A stretch of 64,000 bases of DNA from Fimicolochytrium jonesii (Eukaryota). The notes beneath the pieces were generated by a model. That model was not told where the DNA came from and did no database searches. It saw only the letters and a program-made list of their open reading frames with translations. The DNA lies in NCBI RefSeq assembly GCF_025526975.1, contig NW_026515673.1, positions 930,001 to 994,000 on the forward strand. Direction: 5' to 3'. Below are positions 52,240 through 64,000 of the stretch, one piece after another. Within the stretch, counting starts at the first letter, position 1. Each line of letters starts with the position of its first letter. A program made the translations under genes and the position numbers.

Positions 52240-53566
52240 TATGGTTCTGGGAGGGTGTTGACTGGGTGTGGAAGTACAGCGGGGTCCCCTGGACTGCTAC
52301 AGAGCGTAGCTGTAGGGCGGCAATGCGGACCCTTTGCTGCTGGTTACGGAGTGTCGCTAGTGCCGCAGCCTTGTGTTTGGTGTCCAACGTTGTGAAGGTT
52401 TGTTGTTCTCGCACACCGAAAGCACATCATCAGGAAAGGGAAAGACGCGCAGGCGCCTCTGAGTGCACTATGAAAATGCTTATTCCCCTGAGAGACCTAC
52501 AGTACATACGTCGAGTCGCAGAGATTGGATGTCAGAACAGTGCCAGAGGCTTTCCTCAAAAGGCAAGGCACGGCATGAGAGCAGCACAAAGCGCTAATGC
52601 AAGGTATAATAACCAGACGTTCAGAACGATGTGAACTTAATCTTCGCCGTCAATGTCCTCGGGTAGCATGGGTAGCTAATCTTTTGATTTGCGAATGGGA
52701 AGCTCCATCTGGCTGTTTGCGGGATGCACATGACTCCGTAGGAAGGGAGCCATTATACTCTGCAGGACATACATCTATGAAATGCCCCTAGTGACACCTG
52801 CTCTTGATTGGATGGCGACGGCTTCCTAAAGCAGTTATCTGTATTACGTTGTCTAATCAACGGATTCCTTACGGTCTGTGGATCATCTGATGGAATTCAA
52901 CACCCCGCATCACCAAACAGTGGTGGCTCTTCCTTCTGTTTGTCACCTTCGTCGATGGCTGTGGGGCTGGCGAACAGAAGCTTTTCCGGAGTGTTGCGAT
53001 ATATGGCCTTGACATAATATTGTATGTCGAGGTGTCCGACAAATATCCTTCAGGTCACTGACTCCGACTTGACAGGCGCTGTCAAATTCCTTCACTTGCA
53101 GTCCCGACGACGGCTTCTCCACCTCTCAACGTTAGCGACTGCCAACGGACTAGGTGTAAACGATGTCATTTCGTTGAGCTACTGTATGTTCATGGGCTCC
53201 TTTTCTCTGTGCAACAATTTCTGCCAACCCCGGTGAGAGTAAGGGAACCACGCCTTTATCGCTTCTTCCTGCGAACGTGATTAATGTGGGGACTGGAAAC
53301 ATCATTGGGTGACAGACGTCGAAGTTTTGATGGACCAATAGAAACAAAGCACTATGTACACAGATTGCACAACAAAGGGTATACTTCTCATTTACGCGAC
53401 GGCTTGGCCCCACCAGTTCGTTATTTCCCACATCCTTTTGCCCTCCCGGATGTACACCTTTTCCTTCATGGGCTAATATCCATGGGCAACATCGCCCAAA
53501 TAAGTTCACAGCTCCAGTTCGCCCGTTCCTTTACATATCTCCCTCCAATCCTCTCATCCCCACGGC

Positions 53567-55468
53567 TCAAACCCTCAGTGCTTGAATACCACAGCCCGCG
53601 GATACTGCCACCCAATCCGGCGCCGCTGCGGACCAGCTCATTTGGCTGATCGGTTCGTCGGCAGAGTAGGCAAGGATCGGGTCTGTTATGATGTGTTTGT
53701 TGTTGCCGGACGTTGACGGGGTGGTTGTTGGAGAGGACGCGAGTTTCGATGAGGTGGGGGTTGGGGCGGAGATGTCCCATATCAGAGCTTGTTTGTCGTC
53801 ACCTTGTTGTATGGAAATCGATATATCAGGAAAACCATATTTGAACAATCGCACATCTCAAAACGCCACATACCAGTACTACACAAATGCCCCCCCGAAT
53901 GCGGCGCCCACCCCACCGCCGTCACCAGGCTTGCATGGCCCCTCAGTTCCGCAACGGGTATCGCCGGGACGCGGATATCCATCACCAGTATCGCGGAGGA
54001 GTCGGTTTGGAAGGTCGCGATGTAGCTCGGGTCTTGTTTGTTCCAGGCGAGGCGGAGGAGGGGGAGGATTTCTGTTGTGTTGGAATTTGAGGAAGACGGA
54101 GGAGAGATGGGGATCCGGCATTCGGAGGGAACGGGGCCAGCTTCATAGAGGATTGTGGAATGTTCGAGATTTCTGTGTGATGGGTTCGTGTATGAGATGC
54201 AGCGGCTGGGCACCTCTTATCTCCCGCTTGTACATACCGTAAATCGAACATCCTCAACGACCCATCCGCCCCAACACTCGCAAACACATCGCTCCCGCGC
54301 GAAAACGCCACATCGTACACCTCCCTATCGTGCGCGATCAGCTGCGTTTTCGCTTGTTGTGTCTACTCGTTGCATAGTCGTCAGCAAGCGGAAATCAAAC
54401 CCACTGTTGAACGCGGAACACGGAACGTTACCGAGATGTCCCAAATAGTACACGTGGTATCAATACTGCTCGTGATAACCATACTCGGATCCGTCTCATT
54501 CCAGTCCATGGACGTTATCGGGGCGTGGAATTCTCGTCCGCTCTATACACCGGTCAACGTCAACCAATACAACCCCTTCGCATACCCCATTCCCAATCTC
54601 TCATCACCTACCGAATCAGTCCTCCGTTGATTCTTCAACACAGCAACAGGCGCAATGACCTGTCCACCAGGCGGTCGTCGCCGCCGCTGCGACTCGTGGT
54701 CGGGATCGGATGAGGAGGTCATTTGCCAGATGCGGAGGAAGTCGCCGGTTGTTGCGAAGAGGTCTGGGGATGTTGATGACTGATAGAAACACGGGATGTT
54801 AGCCCGTTTGATCTTCTGTCGCGCGAAACGCATGGTATAATATCCCGAACGTATAAAGGGGAAAGAGGAGAAACGTACCCCGCCTCACCTATATACGCAC
54901 TTTGTCAGGACTCCACATCAGTTTTGTGCACGGGTACTGCTGCTCTATCTCGTCGACGCGGACGAAGTCGCCGTCGCGGTCTTCTAGTTCGATTACCATG
55001 ATCTAGCAGTGGAAAGGGAGTCAGTGAGTGTTGCAACAGGGTCTCACCAGCTCATGATGCACCATAGTCCGGTTGGAAACGCTCTCAGCGAGAAGGGGCG
55101 GCCGGTTCCCCCACTCCCATTCGTGCTGAGAGGTCGCTGACGCGCCAGAAACTGCATGCCCGCCATCCGTCCTCAACCCCATCCCTGTACCCAGCCACCT
55201 CCGTCCCGCCCATCACCATCCCCTCCCCATCCGCCCATCGCCCAACTACGTCCACCTCCACCCTACTTCGTCCCAACTCTTCCACCCTGCCAGCACCTCA
55301 CCCCTCTCTCTTCAAACCCCTTATCCCCAAACCAACCTTATTCGACCGATCGGGCACAAAGCTCCCCAACCCCATCCTGAACGTGCCCGGCCGCTGCGAC
55401 CAGTTGAGCCCGTAGACCGGCCATGACGTCTTGTAGCTGTAGAGTTCGCGAGGGGTCTCTGAGGACAT
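53567..55468 (-). CDS. DCAF7: DDB1/CUL4-associated factor 7 (WDR68/HAN11), multi-exon
   Basis: [102 protein letters not shown]. Confidence 0.95.
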
Positions 55469-55650
55469 TATTGCAGGCGGGTGGAATGTGTAGGGGGATG
55501 AGGAGGTACGCCGTTGATGGGTGGTGATGTCAGAGAAACACGGTGAGAAATGCGTTGGAAAGTTGAGTTCTGAAGGAGACGCCAAACCTTCCGGCGTTGC
55601 TCTCTCACAATCCAAGCAGCCCAAATCATACAATACCCGGAACCTACACA

Positions 55651-56139
55651 ATGTCCACCCCCGCCGCCACCCCCCACCATCCCGCCGACTCCCTCTCCTC
55701 CCGCCTGCACCTGTCCTCCCTCTCCTCCTCCCATCTCGAACACAATCGCGCCCCACCACCACCCCATCAACGCCCCGCAGAAAGCGAATCCTCCCCAACC
55801 TCCTCAGACTATTCAGACGAAGACACAGAAGACGGTTACTACTCCGACGACAGCCTGGGTAGTCCGTTCGATTTCGATTTCGATTCCACGCAGGCGATTG
55901 TCATGCTTGTGCCAATTTTGGTGCCGATGTTGGCGAAGATGGCCGGGCGGTATGGTGAGTTTTGGTTTAGGGGAGTTTTGTGGGGTTCGGGTTAGGGCGT
56001 GGGTGGAGTGTGAAGCAGACTGAAAGACCCCGCCGATAAACGAACCCTATGGACCGACCGCTGAACCGTTTGTTCTTTATTTTACCTCCTCATAGTGACG
56101 GTATCGCTGATGCGCAAGTACTTTGCATCGTGGACCTAG
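55651..56139 (+). CDS. Small single-TM protein resembling mitochondrial import protein Mim2, 2 exons
   Basis: Acidic Ser/Asp segment followed by QAIVMLVPILVPMLAKMAGRY|VTVSLMRKYF (P-x3-K-x2-G-R pattern as in Mim2); GT-AG intron at ~55955-56094. Confidence 0.6.
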
Positions 56140-58164
56140 GATGAATCACACCATTTTGTTCCATACCCGTCCGTTCTTTTATTTTTGAAATCCTTTTTCG
56201 TAGCAGCAGCAGGCGTACGACCTACACATATGGGATCGCGATTATAAATAGCTGGCTAAGGGTCAGATTTAGATTGCATTTTCTTGGGGATAGATGTTGG
56301 GTCAGAAAACAGATGAACCCCGTGCACGTCATTGATGGCTATTGCAGATATGTATGCTATATGCAAAGACGCATAGGGAATGAGACATGAAATGAGAATA
56401 TGATAATGCGTCGCGCTGGTTTGAAGTAGGTCCTACGAGACGCAGAACACACATACAAAAGGACAGGTATGCATCCGTTCATGAAAAAGCCCGCACCATT
56501 CATGGTATGCGAGAGCCAGAGGAGGCCTCGATCCCAGTCGTTCGCTGAGTGCCTTGTCTTGTTACGGAGAGAGAGCAACCTCGACGCTCGTCGTGATGCC
56601 ACCCAGCTCAAATTTGTACCCGGATTGATGTGAATAACGCCATATTGAGTTTGTATTTGTCATAAGCCAAGATCAAGGTCCAACAAAACCGAAAAATGCC
56701 ACAGCACTGAACGAAGGGGGCTCACAATGCTCTGCTGCCCCTCCTACCTCCTCCATCAACGTGTATCTGCCACTCTATGCCAACGTACCGATGTTGGGCA
56801 GCCCCATAAACTTTCGCTTCGAGAAGCACATCCACCATTTGCTCGGACGGTCGCCGTCGTACACTTTTGGTAACAGACGGTGCTTCGGTGATGCTTCATT
56901 GGAAGCAAAGGAACACAAACATCATATCGGGCTTTTTTGCGGGCGTGCGGTGTTACCCGTATATTGTGCAATTGCATTCGGGAAAGCGATAGTTTATGTG
57001 CGCTCATACGCATCCTGGATATACATCAACCGCTCCGCTGTGGCGAGCTGGCTGCGCCAAGTCCGGCAACCTGAAATTCATATAGATCCACAGATCTATT
57101 CAATTTGAGGGGGTACTGGATGGGTTAGATTTCAGACAACGATGGGATTCGTTTGTCACCCTAGCGCAGGATGGGATTTGGCCGGGACATTGGCATTGCC
57201 CCGCCTGAATCCCCAAGACGGACGGGCGGTACAGTCAACATGAGGAGGGGTGGTAACTTCTCCTTCACATTGACGAAGAGCGTTGTGAAATTCGAGGGAC
57301 GTGCATGTGGAAGCGGCTATTTGAGTCACTTCGAAGTGAGCGAGCATGCTGTTTCGGAGTTACGATACCCTTCGACGGTCAGCCCCACAGCCTTAGAGAT
57401 ATCAGGAGATGCTGCATGGCTGCCGATTCTGAGGCATTGTGGCATATCAAAGGAACCCCGATATGATGCAAGTCGTTTTGCACGATTTTCCTGCTATACA
57501 ACGATATCTCCCGATCGGTTCCCTAGTGGATGTCGCCGTCGACACTCTGACACCGCAGTTGCCGCCTGGTGCGGGCCGGAGGTATGTGAGTTGATGTGTC
57601 CGCACATTCACTATGGGCAATCGGTGCCGGGATCTAGATCCCCGACGTCGTGCGAGGGATTGGGAGTATTTCGTTCGGAGACACCGTTTGCAAAAATCGA
57701 CAGCGCGCTTCGTCGACGATGAGTCACGGGATTATCGGTCCCCGACAACGGAAGTGGAGAGGAGCGGTTCGACAGCCCGTGGACCTCTTTCGCTGCCCAG
57801 CAGAAACCACTTTCCGAAGATACTTCCATAAACCCTAGAAAGCTTTCATACGCAAGCAGCGTCACATAGCCTGTCTTCCACCACGGTAACGTTTTTCAAC
57901 AATGGAGGGGGATACCCCCCGAATGGATAACACCAACGCCCAGTGCGGCGCTGTCAGCCCTGAGGTTTTGGGATACGCACTTACTTTGTGTTGGGAAGCC
58001 CTGCGTAGCGTAACAGGGAAGGACTTGGGAGAGGAGAGAGAAGGTGTCTTGGTGGTATGTAGCTTCTTGATGTGCCCACCACAAAGACTATCACCACTTG
58101 CTCTGTTGACGTATGTGGGAAAGCAACGCTGCAACTTGACTGGTGCGTATGCACATGTTCTATC

Positions 58165-59787
58165 ATGCAGGCCATCGATACCGCCAATACAGTCCTCGAA
58201 TACCTGCCATTCGACAGATTCCGACACGACTATCGTGCCGAGTTAGTTATAGTAAACAAAGAGCCACCCGAAGCGGCAACTCTACGCGACGAGTTACTGA
58301 CTATAATCTGCGCCAATGTTGATCAACAAACCTTAGCCTCGATGGCGCTCGTTAACCGCAACTGGAGCAGTACGGCGAATAGGATGCTGTGGAGGCATCC
58401 TCGTTTTCTGTGGTCAGGTCGCAAATCAGCACTCCGCCTTTTCCAGTTCTATACTTCTTTGGTTACTAGAGAAGGCTCGTTGGAGAAAGAAGCGAATGGT
58501 GCCGACTTTGACAAGCACTTGAGCCTCGTCGCAGCAACAAAGGCTCAACGGCGGCGCTCCGCCCCAGTAAAACGGCTCACCCTTGCATACTTTCAACCGG
58601 ATGAACCGGATAGAGATTTCGTCATGACCACTCTGTGCCGTGTCCTTTGCCTCCTCCCGCGTCTGGTTGGTTTCGAGTTGGTGTGTTCGACGCTACCGGC
58701 TGGCTGCTTGTTTTTTCTTGGGCGCAAATGCGAGGAGCTGACGCATCTGGACGTTCTTCAAAGCAGTGTCGGAGCGGACTGCTTGCCGGGGCTCTTGGAT
58801 TCCGCGAAAGCACGGATGATACATTTAAATCTGGCTGGGACACTTTCGCTTTGCCGCCGCATGGAGCGATTTGCCCGGGCCCTGGCAGCGTGCACGGAAA
58901 TACGATCGCTGAGCCTTGCTGCCGGCCGTATGGACAAAGTGCTTGTCAAGGCCGTATCTTGCCTTCCGCGTCTCGAGGCTCTGGATGTGAGCGGCACGAT
59001 TTTCGACGACGATCAGTTGGAGCTTGTGCTTTCCTCCTGTAGCCGAATAAACACTCTCATCGTCGACGGCTGCAATACCCTTACCAGCCGCGCCATCGAT
59101 CTAATCGCCGCGTATGGCGGGTCGTTCACAGCACTGTCTGTCGCCAACTGCAACGGCAGCGTTACCGATTACAGTCTCCAAAAACTCGCAAAATCGCACC
59201 ACGCAAGAACTCTCACCCGACTCGTGCTTCGCAATAACACCCATGTATATGATTATGCGCTGCAAATATTCGGCCGCTTCATTCGCCGCCTCGAAGTGCT
59301 GGATCTCGGCGGATGTCGTGATGTAACGGCCCCCGGGCTCTTATCCTTCCTCCAGGGAATTCCGGAGCAATCTCTTCCCCTCACCCGCACTCCTTGCTCG
59401 TCTTCATTGGAAATCGCTCACCCAGCGTCGCACTTCAACTCCTGGGAATCCCCCGCCGGCACGCAGTTCACCATGCAGCAGTACCCTACCCTGCGAGCCC
59501 TTAACCTAACCAATCTCGGCTCATCATTCACCCGCGCCGCCATGCACGCCATCTTGCACGCTTGCCCGAAGCTGACCACGGTGATGATCCCTGAGCATGT
59601 GCGCGGCAACGCTCGGACGGAGGTTATGAGGAGATGTCATCACAGTGGGAATGAGGCATCGTGTGGCAATTCGCTGTTGTTTCAAGGGTCGTCGTGGTTG
59701 CGTCGTGGAGAGATCGAGTCGGCGCCGAGGCCGGCCGTGCTGGCCGATGGGGGAGCGGGGGATGATGCGGTGGCGATGGTGCCCTGA
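58165..59787 (+). CDS. F-box / leucine-rich-repeat protein, intronless
   Basis: F-box-like LRDELLTIICANVDQQTLASMALVNRNWSSTANRMLWRHP; cysteine-containing LRRs (LEALDVSGT, LIVDGCNTLT, LSVANCNGSVTDYSL, LEVLDLGGCRDVT). The exact start is uncertain. Confidence 0.85.
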   Translation: MQAIDTANTVLEYLPFDRFRHDYRAELVIVNKEPPEAATLRDELLTIICANVDQQTLASMALVNRNWSSTANRMLWRHPRFLWSGRKSALRLFQFYTSLVTREGSLEKEANGADFDKHLSLVAATKAQRRRSAPVKRLTLAYFQPDEPDRDFVMTTLCRVLCLLPRLVGFELVCSTLPAGCLFFLGRKCEELTHLDVLQSSVGADCLPGLLDSAKARMIHLNLAGTLSLCRRMERFARALAACTEIRSLSLAAGRMDKVLVKAVSCLPRLEALDVSGTIFDDDQLELVLSSCSRINTLIVDGCNTLTSRAIDLIAAYGGSFTALSVANCNGSVTDYSLQKLAKSHHARTLTRLVLRNNTHVYDYALQIFGRFIRRLEVLDLGGCRDVTAPGLLSFLQGIPEQSLPLTRTPCSSSLEIAHPASHFNSWESPAGTQFTMQQYPTLRALNLTNLGSSFTRAAMHAILHACPKLTTVMIPEHVRGNARTEVMRRCHHSGNEASCGNSLLFQGSSWLRRGEIESAPRPAVLADGGAGDDAVAMVP

Positions 59788-60473
59788 AAGTCCTCGGCAT
59801 TCGTTCGTCATCTGATCAAACGTTGCGCTACTTGTACGGGGAAATCGGATTTGGAACTCGGGGCGATTTGATATCTTCATCGGCTCGAGATTGGAAAAGA
59901 AAGTTGGGAAGTTGGAAAGTGGAGGGAAGTTTACGGCGTTTTCGGATAGAGGCACACATCTACATTCTATCAGGGCGTATGCGGAATCGAGAGAAATAGT
60001 GTCCGAGCTTCATAATTGTACCAATGTTTGTACTATGAAGTGCGTAGGCAATGCCCATTGTCATCAATTTGAATAGAAACCCAGTTTTCAAACGCAGGAT
60101 AGAGGAAGATCCTTTCGACAATGATGTACCTTTGCGAAGTTATGCACAAGAGTCCACGTCGCACATGTGCGATGGGAGAAAAAACGGCATGTTTTAAGTA
60201 TACAGTGATGCCCCATAGTGAAAGGTCTAGATGTACCGCGCGACAGGCAGTACAGACATGGGAGATGGTAAGCACAATTGCGATAAAGATAGTGTGGCAT
60301 AAGAATAAGGTGTGTAAGGCGTTCCGTGCGATGATAAGTACAGTGCGGTTGAATTGTAAGGTGGTGGTGACATTGTTTGCGACGATGCGATAGCGCTGAT
60401 GATGAGAGGGTGGTGTGCGAGAAGGTGGTTTGGTAGTGCTGACGGCTGACATGTGTGCTGATGCCCTCTTCTA

Positions 60474-61713
60474 TCACCATTGTGCTTGAGCGTCCCGAAT
60501 AGGTTGCTCGGTTTCGTATTCGACCTCGATGCGAGCACCTGTGTTGGTGATGAAAACCTCATATGAGTTTGCGGCCAGGAGAGCACCGGGTTCAGACCTT
60601 TACAGAAGGAGGCCAACTCACGTTTTTGGTCTTTCCTTCCCTTCGCCGTGGCAGGTTTAGACCGCTTCGCTTTTGGTGGTTGCGAGGAGGTTGTCGATGC
60701 CGCATCAGTTCCATCGTCACTACCACTCAGCTGGTCCGCATCATCCCCACTGTCGTCCTCCTCATCCTCATCGCTCACGAACTCCATGGTTCCAAATCCG
60801 TCTTCGAGATCCTCCTCCTCGTCACTGACATCTGACACGAATTCCCGCTCAAGATCGTCTTCGTCCTCCCGTTCCATCTCGCCCTCCAACTCCTCCTCAT
60901 CTTCCTCCCAGTCCTCCTCATCCAGCTCGACTTCTCCCTCATCGGCCAGCTTATCCAAAGCACCGACGAATGCGGACTGCTTGTCGTTCACAATGGCATC
61001 CGTCCCATACACCCCCTTCTTCAACCTGTCGAGCAGCTCCTTTTCGATGTTTTGGTCCAATCGTGCCGCTGCTTCGGCTTTGGCTTCCCGTCGCGCTTCA
61101 CGACGCTCAACCTTCTTCTTCACACCGATGAGTTGTGGGCGGGGCTTGAGTTGGAGCTTCCGCATGCGGATTAGGTACTGTGTCATTTTGGTGGCACGTT
61201 GTTTACATTTGTGAATTTGGAACTGTGGCCAATATATCAGTTCTTTGTCGATCTGTAAACAGGGTAGGTTTTAGTACAGTTGTCCGGTGAAGGTTCCTAC
61301 GAACGCAAACCCCAGAGTGCTCTCGCTGCTGACAGACTCAGCGCGAGCTGTTGACGGAAGGGTACATGTACCCACCTGTTCTAGAGCCTGGGCATAGTTT
61401 TTCGACAAACGGATTCTCTCCCACATCTTGGCCGGGGTATGTGCACGCTCTACCGTTTTCATGTACAGGTATAGTTTCCCTTCATGTTCCCTGACTGTGG
61501 CATATCGCGAGTTGGCCAATGGGCAGGACTGCCGGTTGCAGAGACCCGTTACATTATATTCATTCCTGCAGAAGTTCTGTGTTGTCGTCCTATCCAGTGA
61601 AGTAGGGATTAGCAACATGAAAGTTCTTCAACTCCAGGGTCCTTGACGTACTTGACTTTGTACGAGCAAAAGTTATGCGCTATCGTCTTCCAAATGACTT
61701 CGTCGCACTGCAT
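60474..61713 (-). CDS. MAK16: Ribosome biogenesis protein Mak16, 4 exons
   Basis: [74 protein letters not shown], acidic tail and terminal IEVEYETE. Confidence 0.96.
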
Positions 61714-62303
61714 GCTGGCGATATATCCTTATTTCTTCCTCCTTTTGTTTGCTAATTTCTCGAACGGCTTTCGCCTGAATGCGAAATTTGGAAACTTGGT
61801 CTAATTTACAGCCAATTCGGTAGACTCCTGTTGTGCGCCGTTGTGCAAGTGGCTACGCCGTCACGAAATGGCCTTCCCAAAGCAAGCCCGTGCTACAACC
61901 CTGTTTTTAAAAATGAGAGAAGCTCGTCGCCTTCCTTGTTCGTCGTCGGCCGAATTCAGCAGGTTTTCTTTTGCAGAAACGCTCAGATCTGCAGAGGCGA
62001 AGATGACATTTTCACAGGAAAACACAGAGCGCTTCTGATTGGCTACCGCAATTCGCGGGATTCAATTTGGAAAAGGTCACGTGAGGCCATGCCCTGTTTG
62101 GCGTCCTTTTAGGTCTGCTGTTTCACGCGTTGCATTATGATGGATCCGGCTAATCGCGGCTATCACACATCCATCGCAGATTAGGAGGCTTGCCACATCC
62201 AAAAGACAACCGAAAGAAAACCACAAAAAGCCCCCTTCGGCCGCTTCACCCGCCTCGGAATCTACAAACCCGCCTCTCAACATCGTTTCTCACAAGTAGC
62301 ACA

Positions 62304-63286
<983 letters not shown>

Positions 63287-63835
63287 ATACGCATCAAGCC
63301 ATCGATTCCGCAATACTGATACGAGGGGTTTTCAAGCCCTCGCCTCGGCATCACTGTCCACGGTGTCGGGGTCCAACGAAAACTCTATCTCGCGCAAGCC
63401 GTGATTGAGAGCTCCCCGTTGCATCTTGGCCTACACAATAATCTTGTAAAGAGCCGTCTTTCGGCTGTCACACCTACTTTCCGTCCCACCGTGCTTGGAA
63501 ATCCTTGCATTCCGGAGTATCCTTCCTCCCCTCAACGCTTGTTTTGTAGTTGTGATGTTCCTTTCCTACTTATACAATACACCCCTGCTTGTCTACTGTG
63601 AAACTTGGGCATTTCCGACATACTCGGAAATAATGATTCTATAACTGTATGTTACACGTGGAGACCCTGAAGGTCATCATCCGGGACGTATAGAAGGATC
63701 GTTCGGTCGGTCTGAGGAGGCACGATTCCCTTCATACCGACGGCGATGTGCCGTTGCCATTCGTTCGCTGATTCCCATATGGGCTCTACACGTATCTAGA
63801 GATTTCCAACATCCTATATCCCGGCGCTGAGCAAC

Positions 63836-63944
63836 TCACGCAAGCCCCTGCCTCTTCAGCCTGGCCAGCTTGACCTTCTCCCGCTCCTTTAGGTACTTCT
63901 TTTGCCGCTTCGGGATGCCTACTTCGTATGGTTCTATTCCGCGC
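63836..63944 (-). CDS. Last exon of a gene entering from the right edge, possibly mitoribosomal mS41/Fyv4-like
   Basis: After a CTAACAG acceptor the frame reads RGIEPYEVGIPKRQKKYLKEREKVKLARLKRQGLA*. Identity is inferred only from this short basic tail. Confidence 0.4.
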
Positions 63945-64000
63945 CTGTTAGGTAACGATGGCGATAGAGAATCGCCAGGAATCAGCGTTTCGATTCTCCT

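Noticed and set aside
52400..53560. Lower-GC 1.2 kb stretch with short ORFs; similar sequence character at 41500-42350
   Set aside because: Could be decayed TE or UTR/promoter DNA, but no diagnostic motif or terminal repeat was found.
56357..58100. Several 80-180 aa ORFs between the Mim2-like and F-box genes
   Set aside because: No recognisable motifs, codon bias or consistent splice chain; left unannotated.

Overview
Gene-dense, intron-rich eukaryotic DNA. It is most likely from a zoosporic fungus (chytrid), because flagellar/basal-body genes (IFT46, CDKL kinase, centrin, PPP2R3C) sit beside fungal-type genes (Ubp2, Hst3/4-class sirtuin, Mim2-like). I read about 22 host protein-coding genes, many in head-to-head pairs. 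Two accessory regions interrupt them. (1) A ~3.5 kb intronless island (27.9-31.3 kb) lies between the divergent PPP2R3C and WD40 genes. It carries a PemK/MazF-like ORF directly followed by a giant-virus-type FtsJ RNA 2'-O-methyltransferase. Two different TA-flanked Tc1/mariner MITEs lie at their junction; removing both leaves the ORFs joined by an ATGA stop/start overlap. (2) A decayed DIRS/Ngaro-type retrotransposon lies at 36.9-40.3 kb. Other oddities are a very large (roughly 1,800 aa) sirtuin with four repeated C4 zinc-knuckle-like motifs, an orphan 7TM protein, interleaved inverted repeats at the island edge, and an alternating C-rich/G-rich block pattern through many host genes. All family assignments come from motif recognition by eye; no searches were run. 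Coordinates of multi-exon genes are start-to-stop spans from manual GT-AG splicing.
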